Below the pieces are notes generated by a model. That model had not been told where the DNA came from. It ran no database searches and was given only the letters and a program-made list of their open reading frames with translations. Shown piece after piece: positions 50,786-63,105 of a DNA stretch of 64,000 nucleotides (positions are counted from its first letter, which is position 1; each line of letters opens with the position of its first letter). The translations under genes were made by a program, and so were the position numbers. This DNA is from Oculina patagonica (lineage: Eukaryota): contig NC_135761.1 of the NCBI RefSeq assembly GCF_052425735.1, positions 8,494,001-8,558,000 on the forward strand, written 5' to 3'.

Positions 50786-53589
50786 TTTTTTTATCATTTT
50801 GTAAGTATCCAAGGGAGGAACCCAGTGATAATTGTGGCCAGCGAATGTCACCTTTACGTCCCAGTAGGAAAGTCGCCACTAGCCACTTTTCCTGCGTGTC
50901 ACCACGTGTCTAGACACGTGACATGAGCATATAAGGAGACTTTTTGCATTCCTGTGTACGAATTCTTCGCATTCGTGAAAGACAGGCTTCAAAATTGGAA
51001 AAAATGAGAGGCTTTTAACAATGATGACAGTTTTGGCTATTGAACGAATTTCAGCTAAATACAGACCCGAGTTACTTTTCTTTTAGTGAAATTGTAGCCT
51101 TTGTGACAAGATTCTAGCCTGATGGAAAAGCTATTTAAAAAAAACCCTTCCGTCTAAATTGAAATTGCAAACCAAAGGGTCTAAAATACGGGAAGTCTAA
51201 AAACAAAAAGAAACGTAACATCCAATATATTTAACAATCACAATGAGTTGATTAAGAACTAACATCTAATACGCATTTTCCGAGAGGTAATTACAACTTG
51301 CAAGAAATCGCAAACGACTTAACAGAAGTTTAAACACATTCATTTACGGAAATTTACATGTAAAAACTAGAACTGCTAAAAATTAAAAAAAAAATCTTTA
51401 TAGGCTTGATCTATAAGAAAATAAAGTTCACATGCAAAAATCATTGGTCTTGCATGGTGCTAGGTATGGTATTAAAGAGATGATCTCCGGTTGCAACTAC
51501 AACGTAGTTACAGTTGGTTGCGGAGCTAGAGCGAAGGGTGCACGTGTTATTTTAACAATGTCTTGAACTGCTTTATGAACGAAGGCCAAAAAATGGACAG
51601 TGGAATAGCTAGCCTTAATAGCTAGCCTTAAACACCTGTTGAATTTGAATTTATAAAGGCTCATTGTATAGGCTGTTACATATATAATAACGATCATTCT
51701 GTAAACCTTATATATTCATTATGGCTGATGATGATGTTTGAAACATCGAAACATGTTCCGAAAACTGAAAAGCGTTGTTGTGTTTTTAAAAATATTTGCA
51801 ACACTTGTGCTATCAAGACCCTTATTACAAAAAAGAAATGTTTTAAGGTTCTTTTTTTAAAAAACGCTATGCTCTTAGACTGTTTGTTATAAAAAAGGTA
51901 GGTCGTTCCAAAGTTTCATGGCGTACAAAGAAAAGGATCTTTGACCGTATGTACATGTTTTGACGTCAGATCAAAGAGTAAAAATTACCATTTTGGCCAA
52001 ACGTTTTAAATCAACTGTTAATCGAGTTTTTTAAACCAGTACAAGCAAAGCGTACAAGCGTACAAGCTAAGAATTATCTCAAGTTTGGATGTGAAATACC
52101 CAGTGTGATCTCATTCGACGACGCCCTTTTTATAGCAATCTAATTTGTAATAAAGAAAAAGCTGAAAAAAAACAAACATTTATTTAAGAGTGATTAATTC
52201 AATTAGATTTTAATTAATTTGTTAGTGAAATGGAAAGTACGTGCGAATATAAATCATCTTTGATCAAAGCAATTTGGAAATTAACAAACATTGTCAGCAC
52301 TTGTCAGGTTTAAGGACGTGTGCAATAACGTGTAAATTAATTTTAAAACTTTTCGGAGTGACTCACTACAGCTATTTTAAGCGATTCTGTATACAGTAAT
52401 ATTTATTAACAATTTATTTTCAATATCGAGGCTCAATGTATACAAAGAGAGTTTGCAAATTTAATTAAAAAAACTTCTTAGCGCATCCAAATAATATGCT
52501 GAAGAAAATTAGAAAGACATCCTGCGACCATTGGGTTTTCGTGAATTGCAAACTGAAGCCGAGCAAGCAAATAGCGTTTACTGATTAAAATTCACCAAAT
52601 TAAATTAACGCTCATCATATCGCCTATACCGAGGAAATCGGTATCGGTTACCATGATGGATGAGGCTGTGTCAAAAGACGGTTTTCATAAATTGGGGGAC
52701 ATTTAACGCCAGCACAATTTAAAAAAAAAAAAAATTGGTGTAACACGCTTAGGAAGTAAGCTGCCATATGTAACAGACGGCTGAAATTCAGGCTAATTTA
52801 AAATTGGAAGGCGCATCGTTTGTGACGTGACTTTTTCCATTATCTCAGTAACACACAACGATATCCACATGACCAAATTGATTAATACTAAGAAATTCTG
52901 ATCACGGAAAAATAAATTACAGAGGAAAAAGACCAATCAGTTAAACTTCTACCCAAAAAACGTACGTGCGAGACAATCGGCTAAGAATAATGAATACTAG
53001 TGTTAAAAACTTACTAAACAAATTAGATCCAGTTTCGACCTCTTCCCTTACAGAGCACACGAAATTAATTAAATTACCGACATTTAAGTATCATAACCTT
53101 GACACTGATCCAAATGTTCGCTCCAAAATAATGACCTCGTTGTTGTTTTTCCTCAGTGCATTTTTCACAGCTCGTCGTATCTCCCCAATTCTCCAGCAGT
53201 ACACAAGTGGATTTAATCAAAAGCCCTCTGGGCTTAGTGTCTTGTGACTCTTTTCAGAGTTTAATTTATTTGAAAATAGACCGCTTTTCACGTCTATTTA
53301 TTGCTTGTAAAGATATCGAAAATTAAAAAGCGTGCATCTAACATAAAGAAACATTTAGACTCCTCACCCCTAAAATTTAAACTAAAACTAAAGCTACTTT
53401 TGTCGCTCGATAAAAGTTGTGACATTCACAACACGATATACGAAACTCTTGATTCACTTGTCAATTCAGAAACCTTTGTCGTGAATGCTTGCGCTGAACT
53501 TCACGATTTCACAGCTAAAGATAAAAACAAAGGTTTATTCCAACTACAAAAGGTTCTCACGCGAAAGGCTTAAAATCCAACTAAAAAAT

Positions 53590-53945
53590 ATATATAAGAT
53601 TTGGGACCTGAAAGACAACAACACCGAATTTTCGATCAAGTGGTCCATTGTCACGAGAGCAAGCGCTTACAGGGGAAACCCGTCACGCTGCAATTTGTGT
53701 CTGACGGAGAAGCTCTGCATACTATCAGCCGACAGATCCACCTTTTTGAACAAAAGATCTGAGCTTGTTACCAACTGCAGGCACGAAAACAAGTACTACG
53801 GGCCAATCAGAGACAGGATCGTTCCAACCGTCCTCCATGAACGTAGTTTAAATTGTATTTCACCACATCTAACGACACAGTCTGATGATCGCTTCGTGCG
53901 TGAAACTCTGAGTAACTGTCCATGAAGTTTCTATCTTTAATTATT
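53590..53945 (+). mobile_element. PLE 3' fragment (endonuclease C-terminus)
   Basis: IWDLKDNNTEFSIKWSIV...RCNLCLTEKLCI...LNKRSELVTNCRHENKY followed by a hammerhead motif. Confidence 0.75.
53877..53919 (+). ncRNA. Type I minimal hammerhead ribozyme candidate
   Basis: ACAGT-CTGATGA-T-CGC-TTCGT-GCG-T-GAAA-CTC-T-GAG-TA-ACTGT; stems I-III pair; U.U at 10.1/11.1. Confidence 0.7.
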
Positions 53946-54868
53946 GTATAAGATTACATGCTTAAAGTTTTGAAATCGATGCCTTAATAGTATCCATTCC
54001 GATCACTATCACGGTAATTAAGCGTCCATCTTGATTCATACTAATTGATCGTTGCTATTTCTGTCAGGCGGATAATGTTTGTACTTATTATTGTCACGCG
54101 ACTTGTTTCCGACACCTTATCAAAAGCGATTTTTCCAAGCAGCCGAAAGTAGGCTTGACTTAAATTCAAAGTACACTCCAGCATGTAGCCGTTGAACAGT
54201 TATAGGACTCCGATAACAGCACAAAATGAATACAGACACACACAGATTCATAAGCATTTATCTGTCACAGATAATTCTTAAATATCTTAAAAAGGTCAAC
54301 AAAGTCACAGATTCTCCTTTGTTGTTTTGTGTCTGTGACTGATAAGAACGTTTTCAGCCTCACGTTTCAATAAACTCACGCACACTACCAAGCAAAGTTT
54401 CATGGTTGACCTTTCGCGTGTGTCTTCGAGTAATACTCAAATTGAAGACACACAAGGAAAATAATGTCCACGGGATCAGTTGTTTTGAACTAGTTTAATC
54501 AGCACAAATTCTAACTTGCCTAAGCTAGCTAGTCAACTGAAGTAAAGGCACACATGTGGTTCGACTACTACGGATTACATCTTTGAAATAGGATCTAATC
54601 AAAAATGGAAACGGCAAAAAAAGGTTTTCCTGACATATTGTCGGTCGACATACCTACAGTTCTGTAAGGCGCAATCCTGTTTAAGACATGCTTTTCCCCT
54701 ATTGCTGTATCAAAATCATAAAACACATTGTTCTCACGAAACGGTAGCTATTATCAGATTGACTAATATGACTAGAATGGTGGGAATCTCGTGTGATTGC
54801 TTTTATCACTAAGAAAAACAAACAAAAAGCTTAAAAATAAACGCAACTGTCAGTGTAAACAGCATCTG

Positions 54869-55107
54869 CAGACCTCTCAAGTCTCACGATTTTGTCTTGA
54901 GACTCACGGTTTTCACTTCAATCCCACGACGAGAAACAGAAATCTCACGAAAAAACAGAGTAACAAGTCATTTGATTAGCGCCTGGTTTAAGGACTCTTT
55001 TAGTTATTTTTGTCCGTCAGTTGATCAATCTCCCGGTTTTTACTGAAATCTCCAGATTTTTTTACCTCAATCTCTAGATTTCCAGTGCTTTGAGGTTGAG
55101 AAGTCTG
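54869..55107. mobile_element. MITE with 6-bp TSD (hAT6-like)
   Basis: TSD CATCTG; TIR CAGAC(C/T)TCTCAA. Confidence 0.75.
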
Positions 55108-58100
55108 CATCTGTTTTGTTTAAATCTGATGATCGCATTTTTCGGCATTTACTAAAAAAAGAAAATTTTGACATGGCGGGAAAAATATTGACATGGCGGG
55201 AAAATTCCGCGGCCTCAGAAAGCAAATACGCATGGAATGCACCTTGTCCCCTGTAGTATTATCTTGTGTCGTCATGACTACGTCATGACGTCACAAGACA
55301 AAAAGGAGTTAATAAAAACAACAGTCGTAACATAGTCATAGGCAATTTTCATCGTTATTGTGTACCCAATAAATGTTTCCACGAAGATCGTCACAGAAAG
55401 AGGAAGGAAGAAAATTAATAACAAACCATAAACATAAAGTACAGTTATAGAAGATTTTCTACATTTGAGCACGTTTACCATGTTGCTTTGAACACTCTGT
55501 TGTTGCTGGGATATTTGGCGTTGATGTCTGCGAACGATCTGAAATATCTTCAAGGTGCTTATTGCAGTAACAAGAAACGTTACCAGCAATATGACAACAG
55601 GAACATAAATCCACTTATCGGTACTCATCCAAAACCTCAAAAGAACAACAATAGTTGATATCATCCAGACTGCAATAGCAGTAGCTATTATCCGGGGAAC
55701 AGTAACAATCATGCTGTATCGCAGATGAAGGGTTAAAGCGAGAAGACGATCAATGGAGATTCCGCTTAATGTTGCCAAAGACACGCCAATAGTAGTATAG
55801 CTAGATATGCTCTGAATAATTCTCAAGACACAGTAAGCGTTAAAGTCATCCATGAATTCTGCAATGTGATAACCCACGAAAAATGGCTGACAAATCACTC
55901 CAACGACGAGATCCAAAACTGCGAGGCAAAACAAAAGCACGAACGATGGCGAGTGTAGTTCTTGTTTTTTCCAGATGACATGTAAAATAATAACATTACC
56001 GGTAGATGTTAATAGAGAAAACACTGCATTGAGAATACATGTTAGAACACTTGCCATGAAGGTACCACTTGATTGTTCCAAGTTAGCGGTTAAAAAGAAG
56101 CAGTTAGGATGAATAACGCTGCTTCGATTCATCTTGAAGATGAACTGGTCGATGCGTGACAGCTACCTCTTTTGGCCAGCTAACCTATCTGTTATTTGCG
56201 CTGCAGCTGATGTAAATCATATATAATTCATACATGCCAAATATTCGGTGACTGTAACTGAGACGTAGCTGTCTCACTCCACCTGTTACTTGTGTTGTGT
56301 ACTTAACTTCGTAAAAAGAAATAATTTTGATGTCGAACTGTCATCCGCTACTTTGAGCACACTCAAATCATGAACGGAGTTGGCTTTACGTTTACGTTAT
56401 GTTTACCTTTAAAAAAATATCAGTCACGGCCATTATTCAAGGTAACGACCGAGACATTTATTTCCACCTTTCCCCTCGTTCCGGGCCCTCCCCAAGTTTT
56501 TGCAAGACAGAAAATTATCTTGAAATGAAAATGATTTTTTTGGAAACAAGAATCCTTTTGGCTTTATAGACAAGCTTAGTTCCCTCAGTTGTTCTTCAGC
56601 AAAAGTTGCGTTATATTGAAGGGTGACATGCAAGATACGATAAACGATCAGCTCGGCCGTAGTAGTAAGGTCAAACGCTGCTTTGATCGCATCGCTTTGA
56701 AAGTAAAGATGCCAGAGATAACCGTTTTCTTTCTAATACTAGAACTGATAGAATGTTATTGATCTCTTTCCTTTATATTGTGCAATAGTCCTTCCTAACT
56801 GCCCGACTCAATTTTACTTTTTGGTCTAACCGAGGATTTCTTGTTGAGTAAAACACTTATACAAAATGCGTATTAAGCAGACAGTTAAAATCCCTCTGCC
56901 CCATCCTCCCTGCCTCATCTAGTGGCTGATGACAGATAATCCCTAGTAAGCCAATCAAAATGGGTGACGCCCTACCTAGAAAAACAATTAATCCCCTGTT
57001 CCATGTACCCCCTTCAGCATCCAGGCAAATTGAAGCGGCCGACGAAAAATGTCCGGTAGTAAGGCAAATCAGAATGCGTGACCTTCAGTGCCCTTACTAC
57101 AAAAAAAAAACAAAATCCTTACCCGAAAGCATGAGACGGGCGTCGGCAGCTAGCGGCCAGGGCCCGTCTCAAGAGAACAAAGAAACGGGTATATCTCCGT
57201 CAGCAAGCATGCGCAGAACATGCATACAATTAACAACAAAACATAACATAATTTTATTTTCTCAGAGCGTTTTTAATAGTCCGCAAAGCTCTAAACTGGA
57301 ATGGTAAAATGTTCTTTGGGAGAAAGAAATTTAAAGATGATTCCATATCGACTATTACTCACCAAACAACAAATTGGAACTGCAAAAATACCACGCTGGT
57401 ATTAATGAAAATAGATTAATAGCGCGTAGCTCAAAACTAGGCGGAAGGCCTAGTTGCCTATGCAAATTTTTCATGTTTGTGCAGCTCGTTTAACTAAGCA
57501 AAATCCTTGAATAAACAGACATAAAAAGACAAAAAGGCTTCGCAGACAAAAAAATAGTCGTCAGATAAACGCTACATTTCCTATCAAAGACAAAACTCCC
57601 TACAATTTTCTTTTGTGCGTGAGACCACCTCATATGTTATTTGAGACAACACTTCCTCTCTGTCCAACAGGCGAGAATCACACGCATCAAAGATCAAACC
57701 AAACATAGGAAAAATATATTTACCATACTGCCATTCTCATGATTAAGTTACTGGCACAAAAGGCAAAAAAAGAATTGCACATTAATTGTTCAATGTATAG
57801 TTGTCGATGACAAAACTTAATTGTTAACAAAAACGAAAGTGAGTGTGTGAAACTTAGGTTATTGATAACAAACGGCTCTAACAAAACTAGCCTATCAACA
57901 ACTTAACAGTATAGTTTTCCTTTTTAAAAGGAGAACTACGCCTGACAGCCGAAAGAGTGCAATTATCTGCAGCAAGTCTATGTGTAAATTCATTTACGAA
58001 AGTTGTTTATTTAGTTTTAATATGCCAAAATATTAATGTGAAAAAAGACAGCTAATCCAATAAATTCGTCAATACCAAAGTTTAAGGGAGAAAAGAGAGG

Positions 58101-58195
58101 ATTTTCAAATTTGATTATTAAAAACAATATAACGTAACGAGTGCCAAATTACCCGTACATTGACCCAATGACATGAGACTAAACATTGCACTTTG

Positions 58196-58470
58196 GGGGA
58201 GCAGGGATGGCGAGACGATGAGAGCGCTCACCTCCCACCAATGTGGCTCGAGTTCGATTCCCGGAACCGGTGTCATATGTGGGTTGAGTTTGTTGTTGGT
58301 TCTCATCCTTGCTCCGAGGGTTTTCCTTCGGGTTCTCCGGTTTCCTCCCTGAACAGAACCCAACCCTACTAAATTCCAATTCTCTCTGGAATCAGTGGGA
58401 TCAAGAAGAGTCACAATGTGGAAGATGCTACTGTAAACACGGTGGGCACAAAGTGACCCAAAAACGCTCA
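58196..58470 (+). mobile_element. tRNA-derived SINE
   Basis: Same family and same paralogous flank (CATTGCAC) as 41108; longer 3' part. Confidence 0.8.
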
Positions 58471-58700
58471 CCTTCATTCATCTTTTTCGTTTTTGATACT
58501 GGCTACCTGAAATTTTGCATAAATATAGAACTCGTCATTCTGAAAAATCGTATGTTTTTTGTTTTTCGTATTTCGAATTTTTTGGCGGGAAAATGACGTC
58601 ACATAGTTGACGCCAAAATTTTTTTTAATTAATGTGGAACATTTTATGACAATTTCTGAAAGAACTTGTCGCAAAGATCCTAAAATTGAAAAAATTTACG

Positions 58701-59766
58701 TTTACGTTTTTAAATTTTGATAACGACTGCACTGAAAGCCAACTGACTACTCGTTCAATAGTGATGCACCGAACCACGCAAATTATAACTAAAATCTTTC
58801 CGTACAAACACAATATTTCCCTTGCGGTGTTCGCGACTCGTTCACAGTTACAAAGAAACAAAACTCAAATCCCCTTTAAAGCGTGCGTAAACATTTTATC
58901 GCAGTTTCACCGCATCACGGTTTTTCTTTTCGCTTGTTGACGATTCACGGAAAAAATAAAAATTTACAGAGCAGTGTTGATAATAAACTGCGTGTTACAA
59001 ACGGCACAGAGTAATATGTGTAACTTTAAACTTGCTTGCACTTTCATCACTTGTTATGTGTCTTACCAACAGCTGATTGGGACTTGCTCGCTAGCCTACA
59101 AAATAACAAAACTTTAAATTTGGCGCCCGTTTCTTTGCGCCTTTTATCTCAGTTACATGTGTTTTTACTTCAGCTTTCGTATTGCACACGGTCAATCAAG
59201 AAGGAGAATATATGATTATAATATGATACAATATTGGTCATTGCTTTTATTTATTTGGTGGCTCCTAAAAGAGCCGTTTTGTTTATTTGACGCCGAGTTA
59301 AGAGTGCTTCTTTACTTCTTCTTGGTCGCTGTAGTTTTCTTGGTACCTGCCGGCTTTTTGACCTCCTTCTTAGTGCCAGGTTTCTTTGCGGCCACCTTCG
59401 ACTTTGTTGCTGTCTTCGTGGCTGATGGCTTCTTGACTGTGGACTTCTTTGACGGAGCTTTCTTGGAAGATGGACTTTTGGCTTTTGTAGCAGACGTTTT
59501 CTTAGAAGGAGTTTGTTTCTTGGCTGCAGGTTTCTTGGCTGCAGTTTTCTTTGTAGCAACGGGTTTCTTAGCCTTGGCTGCGGGTTTTTTACTCGGCACG
59601 GCGGGCTTTTTGGACGGCTTTTTCTGTTCCTTTGGCAGCTTAAATGATCCCGATGCTCCCACGCCCTTGGTGTGGAGCAATGTACCACTGGCTGCACCCT
59701 TCTTCAGAGCTGTTTTGATGTGCTGGGCTGCTGTATCTCCGACCTTGTAGTTTGCTTTGATGTACT
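58701..59766 (-). repeat. Inverted duplicate of 22369-23449 (H1 3' part plus downstream DNA)
   Basis: Near-identical; ORFs 23210..23509 and 58686..58940 mirror each other. Confidence 0.93.
59312..59766 (-). pseudogene. H1: Histone H1, 5'-truncated, 15-bp in-frame deletion
   Basis: Starts at YIKANYKV; stem-loop at 59260-59275. Confidence 0.92.
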
Positions 59767-59842
59767 GGATGATACTGGCCTATAAATTTCAAAAAAAGTG
59801 AGATTATTATTTGTTAACATCTTGGTCTAAATTATATTATTG

Positions 59843-60784
59843 CAAGGGCTGATCCAGGGGGGTGGATTGGGTTGCTAGTCATCTCCCTTGCATTGATCAA
59901 CTAGAAAAATGAAAATAAAGACATTAAAATAGAAAATAACGACAATGACACTGGGTAATGTGAAAATGTGTTTATATTTTTAGCTGAAGTAATTATGAAA
60001 TATTTGTTAACATCCACCTTCCTTAGCCAGGCGGCCGTTCAAAGTTATGGATGGTTACTTTTCTTCTTTTTTTTGACAGCCTATATATTTACGAACTTCT
60101 GTGCTTAATGAAACAAAACGTGTGTATAATTTAAAAAAAAAAATACATTCCTTTTAGCTCTCAAGAGTTGTTTTAGCCTTGCTGGTATTGTTTTCTTCTC
60201 CATTTAACAACTTTTTAGCGAGTTTCTTACCGTTTTCTTCGCATGGAAGCGATTTCACATGCAAAGCCGCTGTTCTTAAAACATTGACTCACCAAATTGT
60301 CCCAATGCCACTTTGCCAAGGGCACGTGGGTGAGCAAAACAACGCATATCTGCTCTTTCGTGTAAGTTCGTGGCGTGTCAAGTGAACTTAAAATTTCAAT
60401 CACTGTTCATACAAAATAGAGTTTCTGTCCCAAATATAATTCGAGGTATATGTAAGTTAGAGAAAAAATAGTTTTGCCAAATTATCAAGGAAAAACAGCA
60501 GTTTAATAAGTTAATTGAAAGCTGTTTAAAGCTGCCCAGAATCGCGGGCATCACGTCTAAGAGCTTCAACTTTTCAAACTTTTCTGAGGGTGACATGCCC
60601 CCAGACCCCCCTAGGGGAAGTAGCCTCAGACCCGAAATAATTTGGACTCCCTCTTTCAAAATCCTGCCTAAAAGCCTGATACTCCCCCCATCCCCCATAA
60701 AAAAGCTGGGGATAAAACAAGAAAGGAAACAAAAATATTGGTAAACAGCCACCCCTCTTTGCAAAACCCTGGATCCGCCCCCTG
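59843..60784. mobile_element. Degenerate MITE (CAGGGGCGGATCCAGG-type termini)
   Basis: CAAGGGCTGATCCAGG ... CCTGGATCCGCCCCCTG; no clear TSD. Confidence 0.5.
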
Positions 60785-63105
60785 TGTTGTTACTTTCGAT
60801 AGTTTGGGTGTAATTAAACTGGATTTTCTTTAGCCTCAAGTTTGCAAATAAACATAATTGAAATGCTGGAACCAAAGTAGAAGATTTTGGATGAGGGCTG
60901 AAGCAGTTCAATCCTGTGAACATTTTCATCATCATCGAACCATTTAAGCAAAGGTTACATCACAATAAAAAGGGCACTTATAAAACTCAGCTTTTCTCTA
61001 AGAAGGAACTTTTTCTTAAATTCCTCATACTGGCTCTCAATTTTTTTAAACTCTTCATAATCGAAATGGTTGGAAGATTAGCACTTTTGATAGGAATTGG
61101 AAAGCTTGAACATTTATTTTTTGGTTCAAGCGCCCAATGGGAATTCATACGTTCGCTAATAGATATTACAGGCATTATTTAAGAATTTTTGTACGGTTTT
61201 AGGCCAAGTTTGTCTTGTCTAAGTACGAGAAGTGCGCGCTGAAATCCGCCGAGGCATTTAACGTACTAATCTTGGCTTGTCTTGGTAAAATATAATTTTG
61301 TCATATCTTGAGATCATGGATTCCAATTCCATTGATGTCCAAAAAAATTCTTTTCCTTCACGTGCAACCCGACAGACCTTTTTTAGCCTATTTGTCATTA
61401 TTTTGTGTTCGTACAAATTGCCCTCCAACGTCGCTTCAAGTTCAAACTTTTTTTGTTCTTTGCAAAAAAAACTTTTTAATTCTTCGTTTAATTATACTGA
61501 TTGTTCTTATGCCCCTTTGGGTATTAATCAGTGTGATGAAATTTGTCGTTAAATATGTATGGATTAAATGAGACTGAACACATAATCAGAGCACAGTGGT
61601 CAACAAACAAAAGAAGTCATGGTATCTGGCAACGGATCTTGAGTTCTGGATTTTCTGACTTGAGTATTGTTGCGAGGAACTATCACGTTGACAACGAGAA
61701 AAATTTAGCAGCGGGAGGATAGATCACTAAAAAGGCAATAAGTTTGTGCTTTTGTAATTTTTATTCATAGATTAACAATATTAAACGATGAAAGCCTGAA
61801 TAATATTCAAAAAATAAAAATAATTAAAACTTCTAAAGCGCAAATTTTATAAAAATGATCAAATGTGCTTATACCATGGATAAAAAGATACAAAGTAAAA
61901 ATGATAATAATATATAAAAACTTAAAAAAATAGCTTAAAACTGCAGGCTACAAGTGAAAAGCAGGGTGCGTCTTAAAAATATGTTTTTTTACACTGACAA
62001 AAGATTGAATTAGATATAACGAATTTTTACTGGGAAAACTACTTCAGAGTTTTGGCGCAGATGAAATTGAATAAAAACTATAACTCCCAGACTTTCGATA
62101 CGAATTTACCATGCGGAATATTTAATATGAGGTGAATTACAGAGAAGAGTATAAAAGGTTAAGTTTTAAGAATAGCGTTATGAATTTGTTTTGCCAATTT
62201 TATTCGAAATCCCGGAAAAGTGACATTCCATTTAAGTTTTGATCCGGAATTTTAAACTGTGGGCGAAAGGGAATACAAAAAAAGTTCAACAGTTTGTATA
62301 CCTCTTTTATACCAAGATTTCTGCAAAAACATCCCCTAATCCAGGCCGTAGCCATACCTTTGCCATAAAAGAGGCAAGATATTGCTACGGGGCTCTGGGG
62401 GGGAGGCCCTCCCCCCAGAAATTATGAAAACTAGAAAATCTAAAACGTTTTTTCCCGAAACTGTTTAGAAGGTATTTTTTGAGAAAAGTCAATCTTGTTC
62501 AGCTGGGGATTTGGGTTAAAATGTAGACAACGTGAGTGCCTTATGTTGCCTCTTGCTACGTAGCTGTAATCTTGTAATCTTAGTGTGGATCATGCGTTTG
62601 GATCTGTCTATTGATCAGGAAATGCCAGCCACAGACAAGAGAGTATAAATATATCTTCCGCCACTCTGTATCCGATAAAATTTTTATTAAAATTGCTTTA
62701 TTTAATTTTAATATGCCTGTACGTGATTCTTAATTAAAGAAAGATAGCTAATCTAAAAAATTTTGTTCAAGGAAGACAAATAGTGTTTTCAAATTTAATT
62801 AAAAAACTCTCAAAGAGAATTTAAAAGTTAACCTGATACTTATCAGCCCTACACTACATTTTCCTCAAATTAAAGAGGACACTATTTACAGTTTACAGAA
62901 CAATAAGGAGATAAAAGTTAACATCTCTCTGCTAGGCAGCAGATGATATCAAAGACCAATGTTACTATAGCTGCGGTGAAAAAAAATATCCAGCAAAAGC
63001 AACTACTAATTCATTTTCCCCAAATTCAAAACATTTTCTTTGATGCAAGATAATGAACCTGTATTTCATACAACAATATTCCTTTCCTTGCTTATCGCAC
63101 AAAAT

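Larger units (their letters stand above)
42470..52853 (-). repeat. Right arm of inverted segmental duplication
   Basis: Reverse complement of 209-15457 apart from private insertions 42966-44850 and 47460-49466. Confidence 0.95.
53216..55300 (-). mobile_element. Second HINE/Helentron-type element, ~2.1 kb
   Basis: Minus-strand 5' TGTCTTGTGAC...GACACAAGA (subTIR plus IR); 3' GTCACAAGACA-CT-AAGCCC-AGA-GGGCTT hairpin; inserted in a T-run with no TSD. Confidence 0.85.
53091..56132 (-). pseudogene. GPCR gene split in TM7 by a Helentron-type insertion
   Basis: 5' part 56132-55301 ends ...VFINSFL; 3' part 53215-53091 resumes NPLVYCWRIGEIRRAV...SVSRL*; otherwise open. Confidence 0.93.

Noticed and set aside
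60900-62300. Possible decayed LINE fragments
   Set aside because: Too degraded to support a call by eye.
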